Part shown: piece after piece, positions 37,814 to 50,363 of the stretch
How positions within the stretch are numbered: position 1 is the stretch's first letter
Layout: the number at the start of each line of letters is the position of its first letter
NCBI GenBank assembly: GCA_010015805.1
Contig: ML978146.1
Span: 62,001 to 126,000, forward strand
Origin: Rhizodiscina lignyota
Lineage: Eukaryota
Direction of reading: 5' to 3'
DNA: 64,000 nt
Translations under genes and position numbers: made by a program
The notes under the pieces: model-generated
The model's database searches: none
What the model was told of the DNA's origin: nothing
What the model saw: the letters and a program-made list of their open reading frames with translations, nothing else

Positions 37814-39448
37814 ATGGACTGCCAGGTTTTAATCGCCGGGGCCGGGCCAGTTGGCCTCACGATGGCACTCGAGCTCGGCAGGCGAGGCATCAAGGTGCTG
37901 CTCGTCGACCAGCGATCAGGCTTCGGCAAGCTACCCAAGATGGAACGCTGTAATGCCCGGACGATGGAAAATTTCCGCCGTATGGGGATATGTGCACCGA
38001 TCCGTGCTGCCGGTCTCGACAATGACATGCCGATGGACGTCTTCATCTGTCTGGAGAACATTGTCAACCCACCGCTTATACACCATGCCTATGCATCTGT
38101 AAACGCACTACGCGCCAAGTTCCACGCCACTACCGATGGTTCAACAGCAGCAGAACCGTACCAGCTTATTTCGCAGTACACGCTTGAGCCTCTCTTGTAC
38201 AACATCTCCAAACGCTATGATAATGTTCAGGTTGCCTTTAATCGGGAGCTTATCGATTTCACTCAGGATGAAACCGGCGTTACTGCCCAACTGCGCCTTG
38301 CTGATGGCACTGTCGCTGACGCTCGTGCGGACTATGTTGTTGGCTGTGATGGTGCCTCAAGCACTGTCCGTGAACGTCTTGGTTTTGTGCTTGAAGGCGA
38401 ATCGCTGCTCCGGATGCGGCAAGCACTCTTCTACTGTGAGGACCTTCTTGAGCGCATTCCGATTGGAATCGGTCGGCACTACCACGTCGCTGACAACACA
38501 AACTCGTTTATGATTGTGCAGGATGATAAGAAGCACTTTTCTTTTCATGCCACTGTTTCTAGCGACGAGGAGATGGCGCCGCTGTTTGAGCGGGTTGTTG
38601 GCTTCCCAATTAAATACAAGCAGCTCTACGTTGGAGGGTGGCAGCAACGTCTTATGCTAGCCAATCATTACCGTGACCGCCGGGTCTTCCTTGCTGGTGA
38701 TTCAGCTCATCTTGTTATCCCAACGGGCGGGCTGGGTATGAACACTGGACACGCCGATGCTGTTGATCTGTCCTGGAAGCTGGCCGCGGTTCTGCATGGC
38801 TGGGGCGGGCCGGCACTGTTGGACTCCTATGAGGCAGAGCGTCGGCCCATCGGCGCCCGTAACATTGCAGCCTCAAGGCGGGCTTCCAAAGGCCGGCGCC
38901 AATGGCGGCAGCTATGGCGCCCCGAAATCGCCGAAGACGGCCCTGTGGGCGAAGCTATACGTGCGCAAATGATTGCGGTGGCCGAGCGTGAGCATCGCTG
39001 GAGCAACGATCTGTATGGCATTGAGCTTGGATATCAGTACACCAATTCGCCGATCCTTATAGGGGCCACCGATGACACAAACATGCGCGACGTCGAATCA
39101 GGGTTTGTATACCGACCAGTTGTTCAGGTTGGCTATCGTCTACCAAACACCTGGATGAGCGATGGCAGATCTATTCAAGATGTTATCGGCGACGAGTATG
39201 CGCTTGTTGGACATAAGAATAACCCCCCTGGTCTAGACCTGTTAGAGAAGGAGTTCCGACGTATCGGTGCCTTACTGCGCGTCGTTCAACCGGACACTGC
39301 AGAAGCCGTTGCAGTGTACGGTAACGACTTGATTCTTCTTCGGCCTGATCTTCACATAGCTTGGAAAGCTGCTGATCTGCCTGGGGACCCTGCTCTTCTT
39401 GTGGCGATTGTTACTGGCAATCATAGCAAACCCGCTTCAAGTCTTTAA
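37814..39448 (+). CDS. FAD-dependent aromatic monooxygenase (class A, PheA/TfdB-like), intronless
   Basis: GAGPVG, VGCDGASS (DG motif), RVFLAGDSAH..PTGGLGMNTG (GD motif), LLDSYEAERRP, LLRPDLHIAW; single uninterrupted ORF. Confidence 0.93.
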   Translation: MDCQVLIAGAGPVGLTMALELGRRGIKVLLVDQRSGFGKLPKMERCNARTMENFRRMGICAPIRAAGLDNDMPMDVFICLENIVNPPLIHHAYASVNALRAKFHATTDGSTAAEPYQLISQYTLEPLLYNISKRYDNVQVAFNRELIDFTQDETGVTAQLRLADGTVADARADYVVGCDGASSTVRERLGFVLEGESLLRMRQALFYCEDLLERIPIGIGRHYHVADNTNSFMIVQDDKKHFSFHATVSSDEEMAPLFERVVGFPIKYKQLYVGGWQQRLMLANHYRDRRVFLAGDSAHLVIPTGGLGMNTGHADAVDLSWKLAAVLHGWGGPALLDSYEAERRPIGARNIAASRRASKGRRQWRQLWRPEIAEDGPVGEAIRAQMIAVAEREHRWSNDLYGIELGYQYTNSPILIGATDDTNMRDVESGFVYRPVVQVGYRLPNTWMSDGRSIQDVIGDEYALVGHKNNPPGLDLLEKEFRRIGALLRVVQPDTAEAVAVYGNDLILLRPDLHIAWKAADLPGDPALLVAIVTGNHSKPASSL

Positions 39449-39792
39449 TGACTTCGACATTCGGCGACTTGGGATTGACACTTGTAGATAGCCTAGTCAA
39501 CTCTGCTGAGAGGTGTCTGTAGATGAGTATGCTATATCTTGCCAGTAGTCTTGAAATCTGCCTTTGAGGGCCTGAGAACCTTTTATGAGGGCTATTCCAG
39601 AGCCCGTAGCACTTTGTAAAACACACCTGTGGATAGTGCATCGAAATCGTGATCATGTTCAAAGAATAATCAAAAGAACAGACTAAAGAATTGTAAAAAT
39701 TCTGGGTACAGTCACATTACCTTCCTGAATACCCTTCGCAATTCATGATGCCCTGTTTGTTTGGAGCTTCTGTATCCATTGCAGAGCATAGC

Positions 39793-41458
39793 TCACTCTG
39801 TGTATACAAACTTGGGATTCTCGTCACCCAATTCGGCAATGTCTTCCTGACTCATGCCGGCGACAGTGTGATCTTCCTTACCAGCTGCCCGATTTTTGTT
39901 TCTTCTGTTGAAATATACAGTCATGATGGCGTAAAGAATGCCCGCGAATGCAACCAATGCTAAGGTGACGCCATGGCCCTTCAGAAATCGAGGCGCATCA
40001 GTTGTAGGGTACAGCTGGTCTCGTTAGTCTTCTGATTATGCGAAAAATCCCGACTACCCCCAATGGCACTGAGGGATAGGGATAGAGACGTACATATGGA
40101 GCCATGATTCCAGCAGCATTCCCAATAGTAAGCTGAAGGCCGCTTGCCACCGCCCTTTTACCATATCTTGGGCAATTCGTCGGAAGCCACGCCAGCGGAA
40201 TCCCTACAACCACGTACAAGCCTAGTGCGACAAAGAAGCAGCCAGCGTAATGCACCCCAGCACGCGTCTTGCTCATGAGCATTGCGTACCCGATAACAGT
40301 CAGAAATGCGAAGATAACGACGTATATCCCCCTTCGCTGCTGCCTATCGCTGAAGTACGCTGCCGACAGGTACGCGATCGCCCCGAGACAGTAGCACGGG
40401 ATGGTCAGGACCTGCACGTGGATGGCGGTGTAGCTGGGGTCAATGTTCTTGATTATCGTGGGCAGGAAGGTCGAGTACCCGTACAGCACAGTGTCTGCGC
40501 CGAACTGGCCGAAGCAGAACATGTAGACTTTCCAGTCCAGCGCGGCCTTCTTGGCGTCGGGCCAGTGGAATTCTTGTGATGAGGCTGTGTGGCCGATTTG
40601 GCGCATCCGTCGGACGACCATGAGCTCTTTCTCCGCTGGGGTGAGATAATACGCGTTCTCAGGGTCGTCTGCGAGGATAAACCAGCATGCAATTCCCAAG
40701 ACGAAGGTTGGTAGGCCCTCAATTATCATGATCCATCGCCATGCCCTCTGCCCTGCTACACCGTCCATATTCCCAATTGCATATGCTAGCAATCCACCAA
40801 ATGCGCCTGCAAGTGCGGCGGATACGAATAGATATCCGATCCGCAGCGCCAACTCTCGCCTCGTGTAGAACAGTGTAAGGTATAGCGTCATACCCGGGAA
40901 CAGTCCCGCCTCGACTGCACCGAGAAAGAGACGGCAGACAATCAAGCCTCCGTAATTCTGGCACAGGCCCGTCAGAGTCGCGATTATACCCCAGGCGGTT
41001 GTGATAAACGCAATCCATCGTGATGGGCGTAGGCGCTTGATAACGAGATTCGAAGGTAGTTCGCAAAGGATGTATGTGACGAAGAGGAGTGAGACGGCCG
41101 TTTGGTACTGATTCCCTTGGAGCCCGAGGTCGGCTTCGAGGCCGAACAGTCGCGCGTTTCCTATATTAACTCTGGTAGATGTTAGAACTTGAAGAAACTC
41201 GGCTCCTTGAAGATCGTTTTGACGACGCATGCTGCGTGCGCCAACTCGAGAGTGTGACATTGTGCTGGCATATTGAAATGGCACTTGCCTGTCGAGGAAC
41301 GAAAGCAGATAGAGAAGCATGACTACCCAGACAATATTGAGGTCGAGCTTCCGCACAAGCTTCGCCTCAGCCGCGTGGTCGATTTCTGGTACATCCGCAC
41401 TTTGCAGTTGTTCGAGTTCCTCCGGCGGAGGGGACTCGATCTTTTTCTCCTCGTCCAT
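39793..41458 (-). CDS. MFS anion:cation symporter family (Tna1/Dal5-like nicotinate/allantoate permease), 3 exons
   Basis: KLVRKLD, FLDR|VNIGNA, ELPSN, EAGLFPG, WRWIMIIEG, SDR..RRG; last exon ends ...ENPKFVYTE* at 39793. Confidence 0.92.
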
Positions 41459-42705
41459 CTTGGCTGTATCACATTAGAGACTGGCCGTGGAACGAAGTTG
41501 AGCCAGTTCAGCGCAAGAGAGAACTTGAGAGGACGTGCGAAACAGGTGTGAAAAGTAAGAAGACATCATTCCTGCAGCGTGCAGATCTCCACGGTTTATA
41601 GCGACCAGTAAGGCAGATTACGAAAGACATTGCGCGAGCGTGACGCGCTGTCCAATGATGGGTATGAGTAAACTCCGCCGAGAAGAAAAGTTACACACGA
41701 TAAGAGGTGCGATGTGCCCAAAGGCTCGAAAGCATGATGCCGCGACCAGGATCGCACGAACTGTGGAGCTCGACCTCGGAGATCGATCCGGCGGGCGGAA
41801 AAGGACATGTCTACATTTTGTAAATGGTCAAAAAATGGATTCTCTGGAGAGCAGACTCATGGACATGTAACATCTTCACACAAATTCCGCTATTTTGGAG
41901 CTAGGGAGCTTGATAGCTTGATGAACGGGATGGTGGTGAACATGACGTCGGTGTGCGTTCCGCCAACCATTCGATGGCAGGGATCGCGCTCTATGCTTAA
42001 CCGGCATGACGACGATCCATTGAATAAAAGAATTTGTCTGAATATATAGAAAGTAAATATTGCACTGGACTCGAGACATCAGATGCAATGTTTGAACTGT
42101 CTGTCCAGTCAATATTGTGCTTCAGACGAATGCCAAGCCGCTCATTCTATTTAAATTCAAGCCAAGGCATACGTTATTCGCTTTCAAGCACCTTCTTTCT
42201 TTACAACTGAATTTTCATATGATAAATGTGTTGCTGCGATGAATTCTTCGTAAGGTGTGTTGAACAGCTTAGAAGATACATTCCAGCACAAGCCATAGAG
42301 CGAACGGCGGACATTCCACGACACTATAACCCCCTCCCCTCCGCGCCGCTCCGCTCTTTGGCAGAAAATCTTCTCAATACGATGCCAAACCCCTCAAAAT
42401 GACTTCATCCCCGCGGCGATGTTACTGTAACTTCTCCAGCAGGACTCCACCCCCGCATTACTCCGGCGCGCACTTCCACGAGTGAGATGCGAAGGCTACC
42501 TTGATTCGGGGCAGTTGCCAAAATGCACCGTCTAATCGATGGCCTGGAGGATCGCGCTGGCTGGATATATTCGGCTCTGTATGGCTTTTGCGTGAGACAT
42601 GTACCATTCTGCCCTTCCGAAGGCGTTCTTTTTCGCCAGAGCTATCTCTTGGTCGGAGCTGCAGTATCTCTCGGCCTAGCGGTATTAAGTCGTCGGAGAG
42701 TTAGG

Positions 42706-45298
42706 ATGCTGTTCTTCTTCACATCTTGTGCTTTTGCTGCGCTTTCATTTCTCGATTTCGCTGCTTCCCATCCTTCTCCAAGCAGTTCTGGCTACTATAG
42801 CAATGCAGGAGTCCTGCAGTATGTCAATCCTCGAATCGGCACGTTTGGATACAGCCCGAATGGCAATGGCGGCATGATTCCGTCTGTGAGTCCACCGTTT
42901 GGCATGACCAGGTGGACGCCACAGACGCGAGAAAACTACATATCCCAATGTCCGTATCACGATGCGGACACGTACATGCATGGTTTTCAAGCAACTCATC
43001 AGCCTGCTATATGGATGGGCGAGTCCGGTCAAGTTGTGTTAAGTCCAGGCTTCGGAGGCGTTCGGCCGCTCTTTGAACAAAGAGGAATGTCTTTTAGCAA
43101 GTCTTCTGAGACTAGTACGCCTTATGTCTATGAGGTTACTCTCAATGCGGATTCCGTGGGAAATCAGGGTTACAACTTGACAGAGCAGGATGCAGGAAGT
43201 GGTCCTGTGCCTGGTGGAGGACAACCAGTGCCAGAAATCGTCAAAGAAGGCGCCAACGGAAGAACGAGGAGGTCCATTGCGGAGAAGCGAGATTTGCCCA
43301 TGGGGATGAGTATCTCTGACGCTGGGATCTATGCCCCAGTCGAGCATATTGCGGAGCGCTCGTCGAGCAGCGGCAAAAGCATCCAAGTAGCTCAAACCGC
43401 AACTTCTCACGTCGGATACCTGCGCCTGGATTACAGCAAATCCTCCGAAGCACCTTATGTCTTCATCCAAGCGACAAGACAGAATTGGACTGGACAAGTG
43501 AACGTTGACCCTGAGAAGCGCGAGATTTCCGGATACAACCCACAGCGGCAGGACTACAAACTCGGACCACTACATGCACCAAACTTTAAAGGATACTTTG
43601 TATCTCGATTCTCGGAGCCTTTCGAAGGCTATGGTATCGCAAAAGGCGGAGATCTCAGCCATGGAGTCAAGAGCGGAGAGGGAACTCACTTGGGAGCTTA
43701 TGCTACCTTCAAGAGCGGCATGAAGAGAGTTGAAGTGCGAACTGGAGTCTCATTCGTCTCGATCGATCAAGCGCGGAAGAATTTGGATCTCGAAATAGCG
43801 GACGGGACATCATTTGAAACTACTGTTGATCAGCTGAAGAGCGACTGGTTAAGCATACTCGGTCGCATCACCATCGAAGGCGTCAATCAGACTTCAGCAG
43901 CTCACGATCAACGGACAATATTCTACACGGGCTTGTTCCATGCGTTACAGTATCCAAACGATTACTCCGAGCCAACGTCCAACGGAGGTGGAATCCGGAC
44001 CTTTTACAGTGGCTATACAGATAGCGTCCATACTGCCCAGGACACATATCATCAATCATGGTCTATCTGGGTAAGTTATGAATCTTTTCATCCCAATCTC
44101 CATCAAGACTTTACTCATTAGACAATAGGATACTTACCGCGCAACCCATTCGCTACTCACAATATTCGCCCCGGCCCGCGTCAACGGCATGCTCCGATCG
44201 CTGATCCGCATCTACGAATGGTCCGGAAGGCTCCCGATGTGGGCCAACATCGTCGAAACCAACATCATGATCGGCACCCATGTCGACGCTGTCTTTGCGA
44301 ATGCGCTTAAGCGAGGCTTCCGCGATTTTGACATCGCTAAGGCCTGGGAAGGCGTGCATAAGAACGCATACATCCCACCGGAGCACGACACAGAGCTTCT
44401 GTACTATGACAGGGAGCCGTATACGCCTGATGAAGTCCGCGCGGGCCTAACGACGTACATGTCGAAAGGTTGGGTTGCCAATGACCGATGGGCAGAGAGC
44501 GGTTCCAGAACGCTAGACTACGCATTCGATGACTATGCAGCGGCTGTCGTTGCGCAACACGCAGGCCAGAATGATTTCGTGGATGAGCTCTTTGCGCGAA
44601 GCAAGAACTACAAGCATGTCTGGAACTCCAATACGACATTCATGGAAGCCAGAAACGAAAATGGGACCTGGGCTGGCACCGCGCAAGGTTGGACAGAAGG
44701 CGACGACTGGGTCTACACCTTCGCCGTTATGCACGATGTCAACGGCCTCGCCGAGCTCTTCGGCGGCAGGGATAAATTGAAAGCGAAACTAGACGAGCAC
44801 TTCAATGGCGGGCATAATGATCAGACCAACGAGCCGAGTCATCACGTTCCGTACCTGTACGCGGCGATTGGATATCCCGCGAATACACAGAATCTGACTA
44901 GATTGATCGCATGGGAGAATTACAACGCCACGTCCGCCGGGCTGAGCGGCAACGAGGATCTCGGGCAGATGAGCGCTTGGTACGTCTTCTCGGCGCTTGG
45001 CTTTTACCCTGTGAATCCGGCGAGCGATGAGTATATTGTTGGATCTCCCTTCTTTGAAAAGGTCACTATCAGGCTTCCGGCAGGCGTGGCAAATGGTGGC
45101 AATGCGCAGAAAGATGGTGAGAGGACACTAGTTATCAGTGCTCCGGGAGCGCCAACGAAGCCGTTTGTCAAGTCCCTCAAGGTGAATGGGAAGGATATCA
45201 CGTCGCCGATGCTCCGGCATGCGCAGATTGTAGGGGCGAGTAGTATTGAATTTGAAATGTCGGAGACGCCGCAGATTTGGGGATCGGATGGGGTGTGA
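42706..45298 (+). CDS. Secreted glycoside hydrolase family 92 alpha-1,2-mannosidase, 2 exons
   Basis: Signal peptide; YVNPRIGT, PFGMTRWTPQT, SIW|DTYR, MIGTH, SRTLDYAFDD, NEPSHHVPY, GNEDLGQMSAWY; intron 44071-44128. Confidence 0.95.
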
Positions 45299-45389
45299 TT
45301 AATTGTGCCTTATACATTAAAGCTCTATCAAAATGATATTCTTTTGAACAAGAGCCGTAACACTAGCGATTTCTTTAAAAGATACAGAC

Positions 45390-45680
45390 CCGCTTTCGCT
45401 CTCTTCGACATCGAGGGTATCAAGCTTGGCGGCTCATGTCACATTATATCGCTCCTCAATCGACAACGTACATTATCGACATTCACATACTCGGCGACGA
45501 GGCTTTCCAAGATGCGGATATTAATAGCAACTCACTCAAGGGCATACTTGAAAGTGCGGATATCCGCAAAGCCTTCTTCGACATCCGCAACGATTCACGT
45601 GCCAAAAAGAAACCCTGCCATTCCATACTGGAATATGGCGCATTACTCGGTGAGACCATGGCGCTGTCCTAACTCCAGAA
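45390..45680 (+). pseudogene. Fragment of a DEDDy 3'-5' exonuclease gene
   Basis: FDIEGIKLG and TYIIDIHILGDEAF..SLKGILESADIRKAFFDIRNDS lie in different frames; truncated at both ends. Confidence 0.65.
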
Positions 45681-45853
45681 GACGTCCATGATTCTTTCGA
45701 ATGAATATCCTTGCCGAGCTATCCTTGCTCCCGATGTAACGATGAAAGGGTATAACTTACGAGTCAATGCAATGAAAGAGACCCAAATAGTCCTACGTAA
45801 AACGAACGCCGATTATCTTGCTTTTCTCTCTTCCCAAGATAAGACAGCCTCGG

Positions 45854-47342
45854 TCATACAACGCCTGTTCCGCGGTAAGGAGATCTTGTGTGCTCGGCAA
45901 CAATTGTAAACTCGTGCATTTCGTAGACCACATTACGCCGCAAACTCGCCTGGCTGCTTTCGCAGTCGTTCTGGCCGTCAGCTGTGCTTGTACGCCGGTC
46001 GTCGTGAGAATGGGTGTCTCCGGGGTAGGAGGCACTCTCCGGGCCATACACGTGGGTTGTGCGCGAGTAATTATGGACGACATGATCGGGGACCAGCTTG
46101 AGCGGCACCTCTATGTTCGCGTTGGTCGCTATGCCTTGGCTTGTCGCTAAGCTCCTGCTGTTCGCTGTGCTCTTGCTGTTGGCGCTGGTGCCCGCATAGG
46201 GTTCAGCAGCACGCTGGAGTGAGTAATTCCGGCACTCCTCATCGGTGACGCCGATGCTCAACAGCCCGGCCTGCAGGCCCGCGAGATAGCTGTGGATGCG
46301 AGGCAGGGTAGTGGCGACGAAGGAGAGATTGACAACAGCGCATTCTAATATCATTGCTTCAACCCACTGCCCTTTAAAGGGTCAGCAGAGCGACATTTCC
46401 CCAGCAATACGAGCGAGAAACTCACAGCTCTGGTCGGTCTGGTGAATGGCTTTTGCGGTGACAATCATTTGAAAGATGCCGACGACACATACTCTGCATC
46501 ACCATTAGCCACAGACGCAGTGCTGTTGAGAGCATTGCGTTGCAGGATCGGACTCACGAGAATGCGCGTGCAGCGAAGAGGCCAATGACGGTCAGCCGGT
46601 GCTTCTGGCTCATCTCCAGCGACCACACGCCAGGGACGATCCAAAATGCAAGTACCAGGTCGGTCGCGATGTTCAAGATGATGACGGGATAGAAGAGGTA
46701 CCCGTGAGTGGGACAATTGGACGGGACGAAGCGCCATGGCGTAGGTAGCTGGCATTGGAAGGCGAGGGCGAAGATCGAGAAGAGCCCATAAGCCGCGACC
46801 ATGCACAGTAGGGACACATGAGAAACCCGACCTCCTCGTTCTGACAGGATGCGCTTGTAGAGCGCGACGAGTGAAGCTTTGCTAAGCGTTGTCGACACAG
46901 ATAAGCCGAGCAGATGACTCGCGTACATAAACTAGAGCGCCTAGTATTAGCATCGCTTCGGGCCGTCGCGGGCGGTGCGACATGGTGGAACAGTCCAACC
47001 TTGAAAAAGCCTGCAATATCGGTCGGAGACAGCGTATTCATATGCCTTCCGAGGCCATAGTGCTCAGCTGCTTTGAGTGTGCCCGTATAGGCCAGTATCG
47101 CGATCTGTGGCGGAGCTGGTCAGCGAGGAGCAGAAGCAGCCGTCAGCAAACAGAGACAGACGTACGAAGGCCAGGAAGGCGAGGGCATCATCCAACCGAA
47201 ATGCAATTCTGCAGTACACAGAGATCCACAGACGGACGAGTGCGGCGCTTGCGCTAAGGCAAGCCAGCGCGACAGCAAACACGGTGACGGCAGGTCCATG
47301 ATCATCCGGCGTCAAGAAGCTGTGATGCGGCGCTGCAGACAT
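45854..47342 (-). CDS. PTH11-like / fungal rhodopsin-domain integral membrane protein, multi-exon
   Basis: TPDDHGP, RL...F.LDD, SKASL, AFQC.LP.PW, LNIATD, W.L.M...R..V..LF..R; multiple hydrophobic helices. Confidence 0.85.
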
Positions 47343-47837
47343 GGCTGTGCGCGGCGCACATTGAGATGGAGTCGAGGCGAGTCGAGGTGACTATGGAGCA
47401 GAGTATCGCACAGTTGAGCGGAGGGAGAAGGGCGACGCCGAAGCAGAAGTACTCGTCCTTTGGACACATGTTCCAGCAGAGTGGTTGCGATGTCGACGCC
47501 GCCGCGAGGTGGACGAGATGAACTATCAGAATGAGCGCCCAGCATGGCCATGATAAGTAGCAACACATGCATCAGCGCAGGGCACTCTATCTTGCGGCCC
47601 GTCGTCCCCACGCCTTTGGCACGTTGCCGGAGCCATTACCACGCCCTCGGGACGGGGAAGTCGGAAATGGCGCTCTACCCGGCACTAGACCGCCTGTTGC
47701 TCCGACTCGAGCTCCAGCCATTCAACATTGAGGTTGGAGACACAGCGGTGGGCGGACATTACCTGCGATATGTATCACCATGCCCCTCCCCAGCGCCATG
47801 CCACGCCGCCTTCACTTCTGCTCGCTGATCTGCACTC

Positions 47838-49815
47838 ATGGCCGGGCCAAAATTCGACTCCAAAGAGTGGCAGCGCACCTCGCAACGCAGCGCCCCGGAG
47901 CAGGAGTCGTCGGACGTCGATGACAATGCCGCCCAACCGGTCCCTTCAGCTGGCCGCGCTTCAGATAGGCCGCTAGAGGTGGGTTGTACTATCCCCTGAA
48001 CCAGCCCCTCGGAGCCCCCTCCCCCACATCGGTGCAACAATTGACACTCCATGCGCAGAGATACATCGCCCTCAAACCCATCGTCGCCTTTGGCCTCACT
48101 CTTCAGTCGTCCTGGGAAGCGATTGCCATCAGCTTCCAGTCGTCGCTGCTCAATGGCGGTCCAATTTCCCTCGTGTATGGCATGCTCATTGTCACTCTGG
48201 GCTCTACAGCCCTCGCCGCTTCGTTGGGCGAGATGGCCTCTGTGTACGTCGATGCTGCCCTCTCTTCTTGTCTCGCTTCGCGATGCTAATCGTCGACGTG
48301 CAGAGATCCCGCTGTGGGCGCGCAATATCGCTGGGCTGCCCGCTATGCACCCAGATCAATGAAGCCACAGTTTTGGGGCTTCATGCAAGGTACGAATGCC
48401 TCGTCCATCCCTCTTGCTGGACTCTGTAACTGACGGCACATAAAGGCTGGCTGACAGTAAGCCAAACCTCGAACTTGCGCTGCTCAACTTGGGGAATGAT
48501 GAATAACGGCAAGCACAGGTGCTGGCGTGGATCGCTAGCTGCGCCCTTACGCCCTTCACTTTAGGGACAATGCTCCAGGGCCTGATTGAGTTCAACTACC
48601 CCGATTACGCGCCGAAACCGTGGCACGGCACGCTGCTCATGTGGGTGTTCATCGTGCTTCCCGTCTTCTGGAACGTAGGTGGAAGATTGATGTGCCATTG
48701 ATATGCGATTTACTGACATTACACGCAGTTCTTTGCTAGACGGCTCCTCGTTGCCCTCGAGATCACCGGAGGTATCTTCCACTTCATCTTCTTCCTCGCT
48801 ACCGTCGTCACTTTAGGCGTCCTTGTTCCTCGCAACAGTAACGATTTCGTCTGGAACACTTCGGTTAGCGGTCTGAGCGGATGGAACAACTCTGGCGTCA
48901 CCTTTTGTCTTGGTCTCCTCTCGCCAGCCTTTGCTGTTGCCGGCTTCGACGGCGTGCTGCACATGAGTACAACTTCCCCACCTCTTTCAAGAACTGGACT
49001 GACTCGCGTTCAAAGGCGACGAAACTAAAGACGCTCCTCGACGAGCTCCTCGTGGCATGGTGCTAACGGTTGTTATCAATGGCATCCTTGCTTTCTGCTT
49101 CATCATCTGTCTTATGTATACCATGGGCGACTTAGACACGGCTCTCACATCGACAAGCCTGCCGATTCTGACCGTCTTCTACAACGCAACAGGCTCAGTA
49201 CCTGCGACGAACGCCTTAATGAGCTTCATCATCATCGTTAGCTGCATCGGTGACTTTAGCATCTTCGCCTCAGTGTCTCGTCTGACCTGGGCTTTTGCCC
49301 GCGATCGGGGCCTGCCGTTCTCGGACTTCTTCGCATATGTGAGTGACCGATATCCTCACAACGGCCTCCGTTTCCCTTGCGCTAACAGTTGAGGCTTTCA
49401 GGTACATCCTACGCTCAAGATTCCAGTCAACGCGCTCGGGCTAGTTGCCGTCCTCTGCGCACTCCTAGCCCTCATCAACCTCGGTTCAAGCGTAGCTTTC
49501 TACGCCGTCATTTCCCTGTCGACGCTGTCACTCTTCATCTCATACATCCCGCCGATCACTTTCCTCTTGATCCGGAAGCTGCAGGGACAGCACACGCCGT
49601 CCGGGCCTTGGAACCTGGGCCGCTTTGGTATTCCCATCAACGTCTTTGGTCTCTGCTACGCGATATTCATGATTGTGTGGCTACCGTTCCCAACACAGCT
49701 GCCTGTCACGGGGCGGACGATGAACTACGCCGCGCCAGTGTGGGGAGGGTGCATGCTGCTTGCGATGCTTGATTATGTAACGACGGGGCGCAAACGTTTT
49801 CAGATCGAAGGTTGA
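47838..49815 (+). CDS. Amino acid/polyamine/choline (APC family) permease, multi-exon
   Basis: LNGGP.SLVYG, SLGEMAS, GAQYRWA, GFDG..HM.DE, SRLTWAFARD.GLPFS, MNYAAPV. Confidence 0.92.
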
Positions 49816-50363
49816 GATGAAGAAAGCATGACGAGAGAAATGACCGTACATTGGTTGATGTGTTTGGACAGTGTTCATGTCGTATTGGGCTTAGCGTTGA
49901 CGGCGTTCAACATCCCTGTCGCTGTACATAGTTGTAGGCGTCGAAGTTTTGGAGGATGCTACAACATCATTCTTTGGAGATGATATCTGCATTCTGCAGC
50001 AATTGCCAAGGCATCCGACATAAGACCTTCGATTTACCTAAAATGAGCCATGTTTCAACTGCAATTTTATGCCGCGTGCTGGTATGGACCTCGCAGGCCA
50101 ACTACACTCTACCTTTCTGCACTGAACTCTGCTAGATGATTACGAGAGCTTCGAGCGTCCGTACGAACTAGAGCGAAATACCGACATGGCTGGCGGCAGG
50201 CCATCCTTGCAATTGCATCCTTTGCGGGTCGTGGAACGCCGAGACTGTACAGCTGTAGTCGAGAGCACGCACGCCGGTTGCGCATATTTAGCTCGTACGT
50301 CCGCCAACGACGCGCTTCTTTGTCGTCTGTGTCTCCCTAAGGTCTTCGGAAAGTAGAGGAGAA

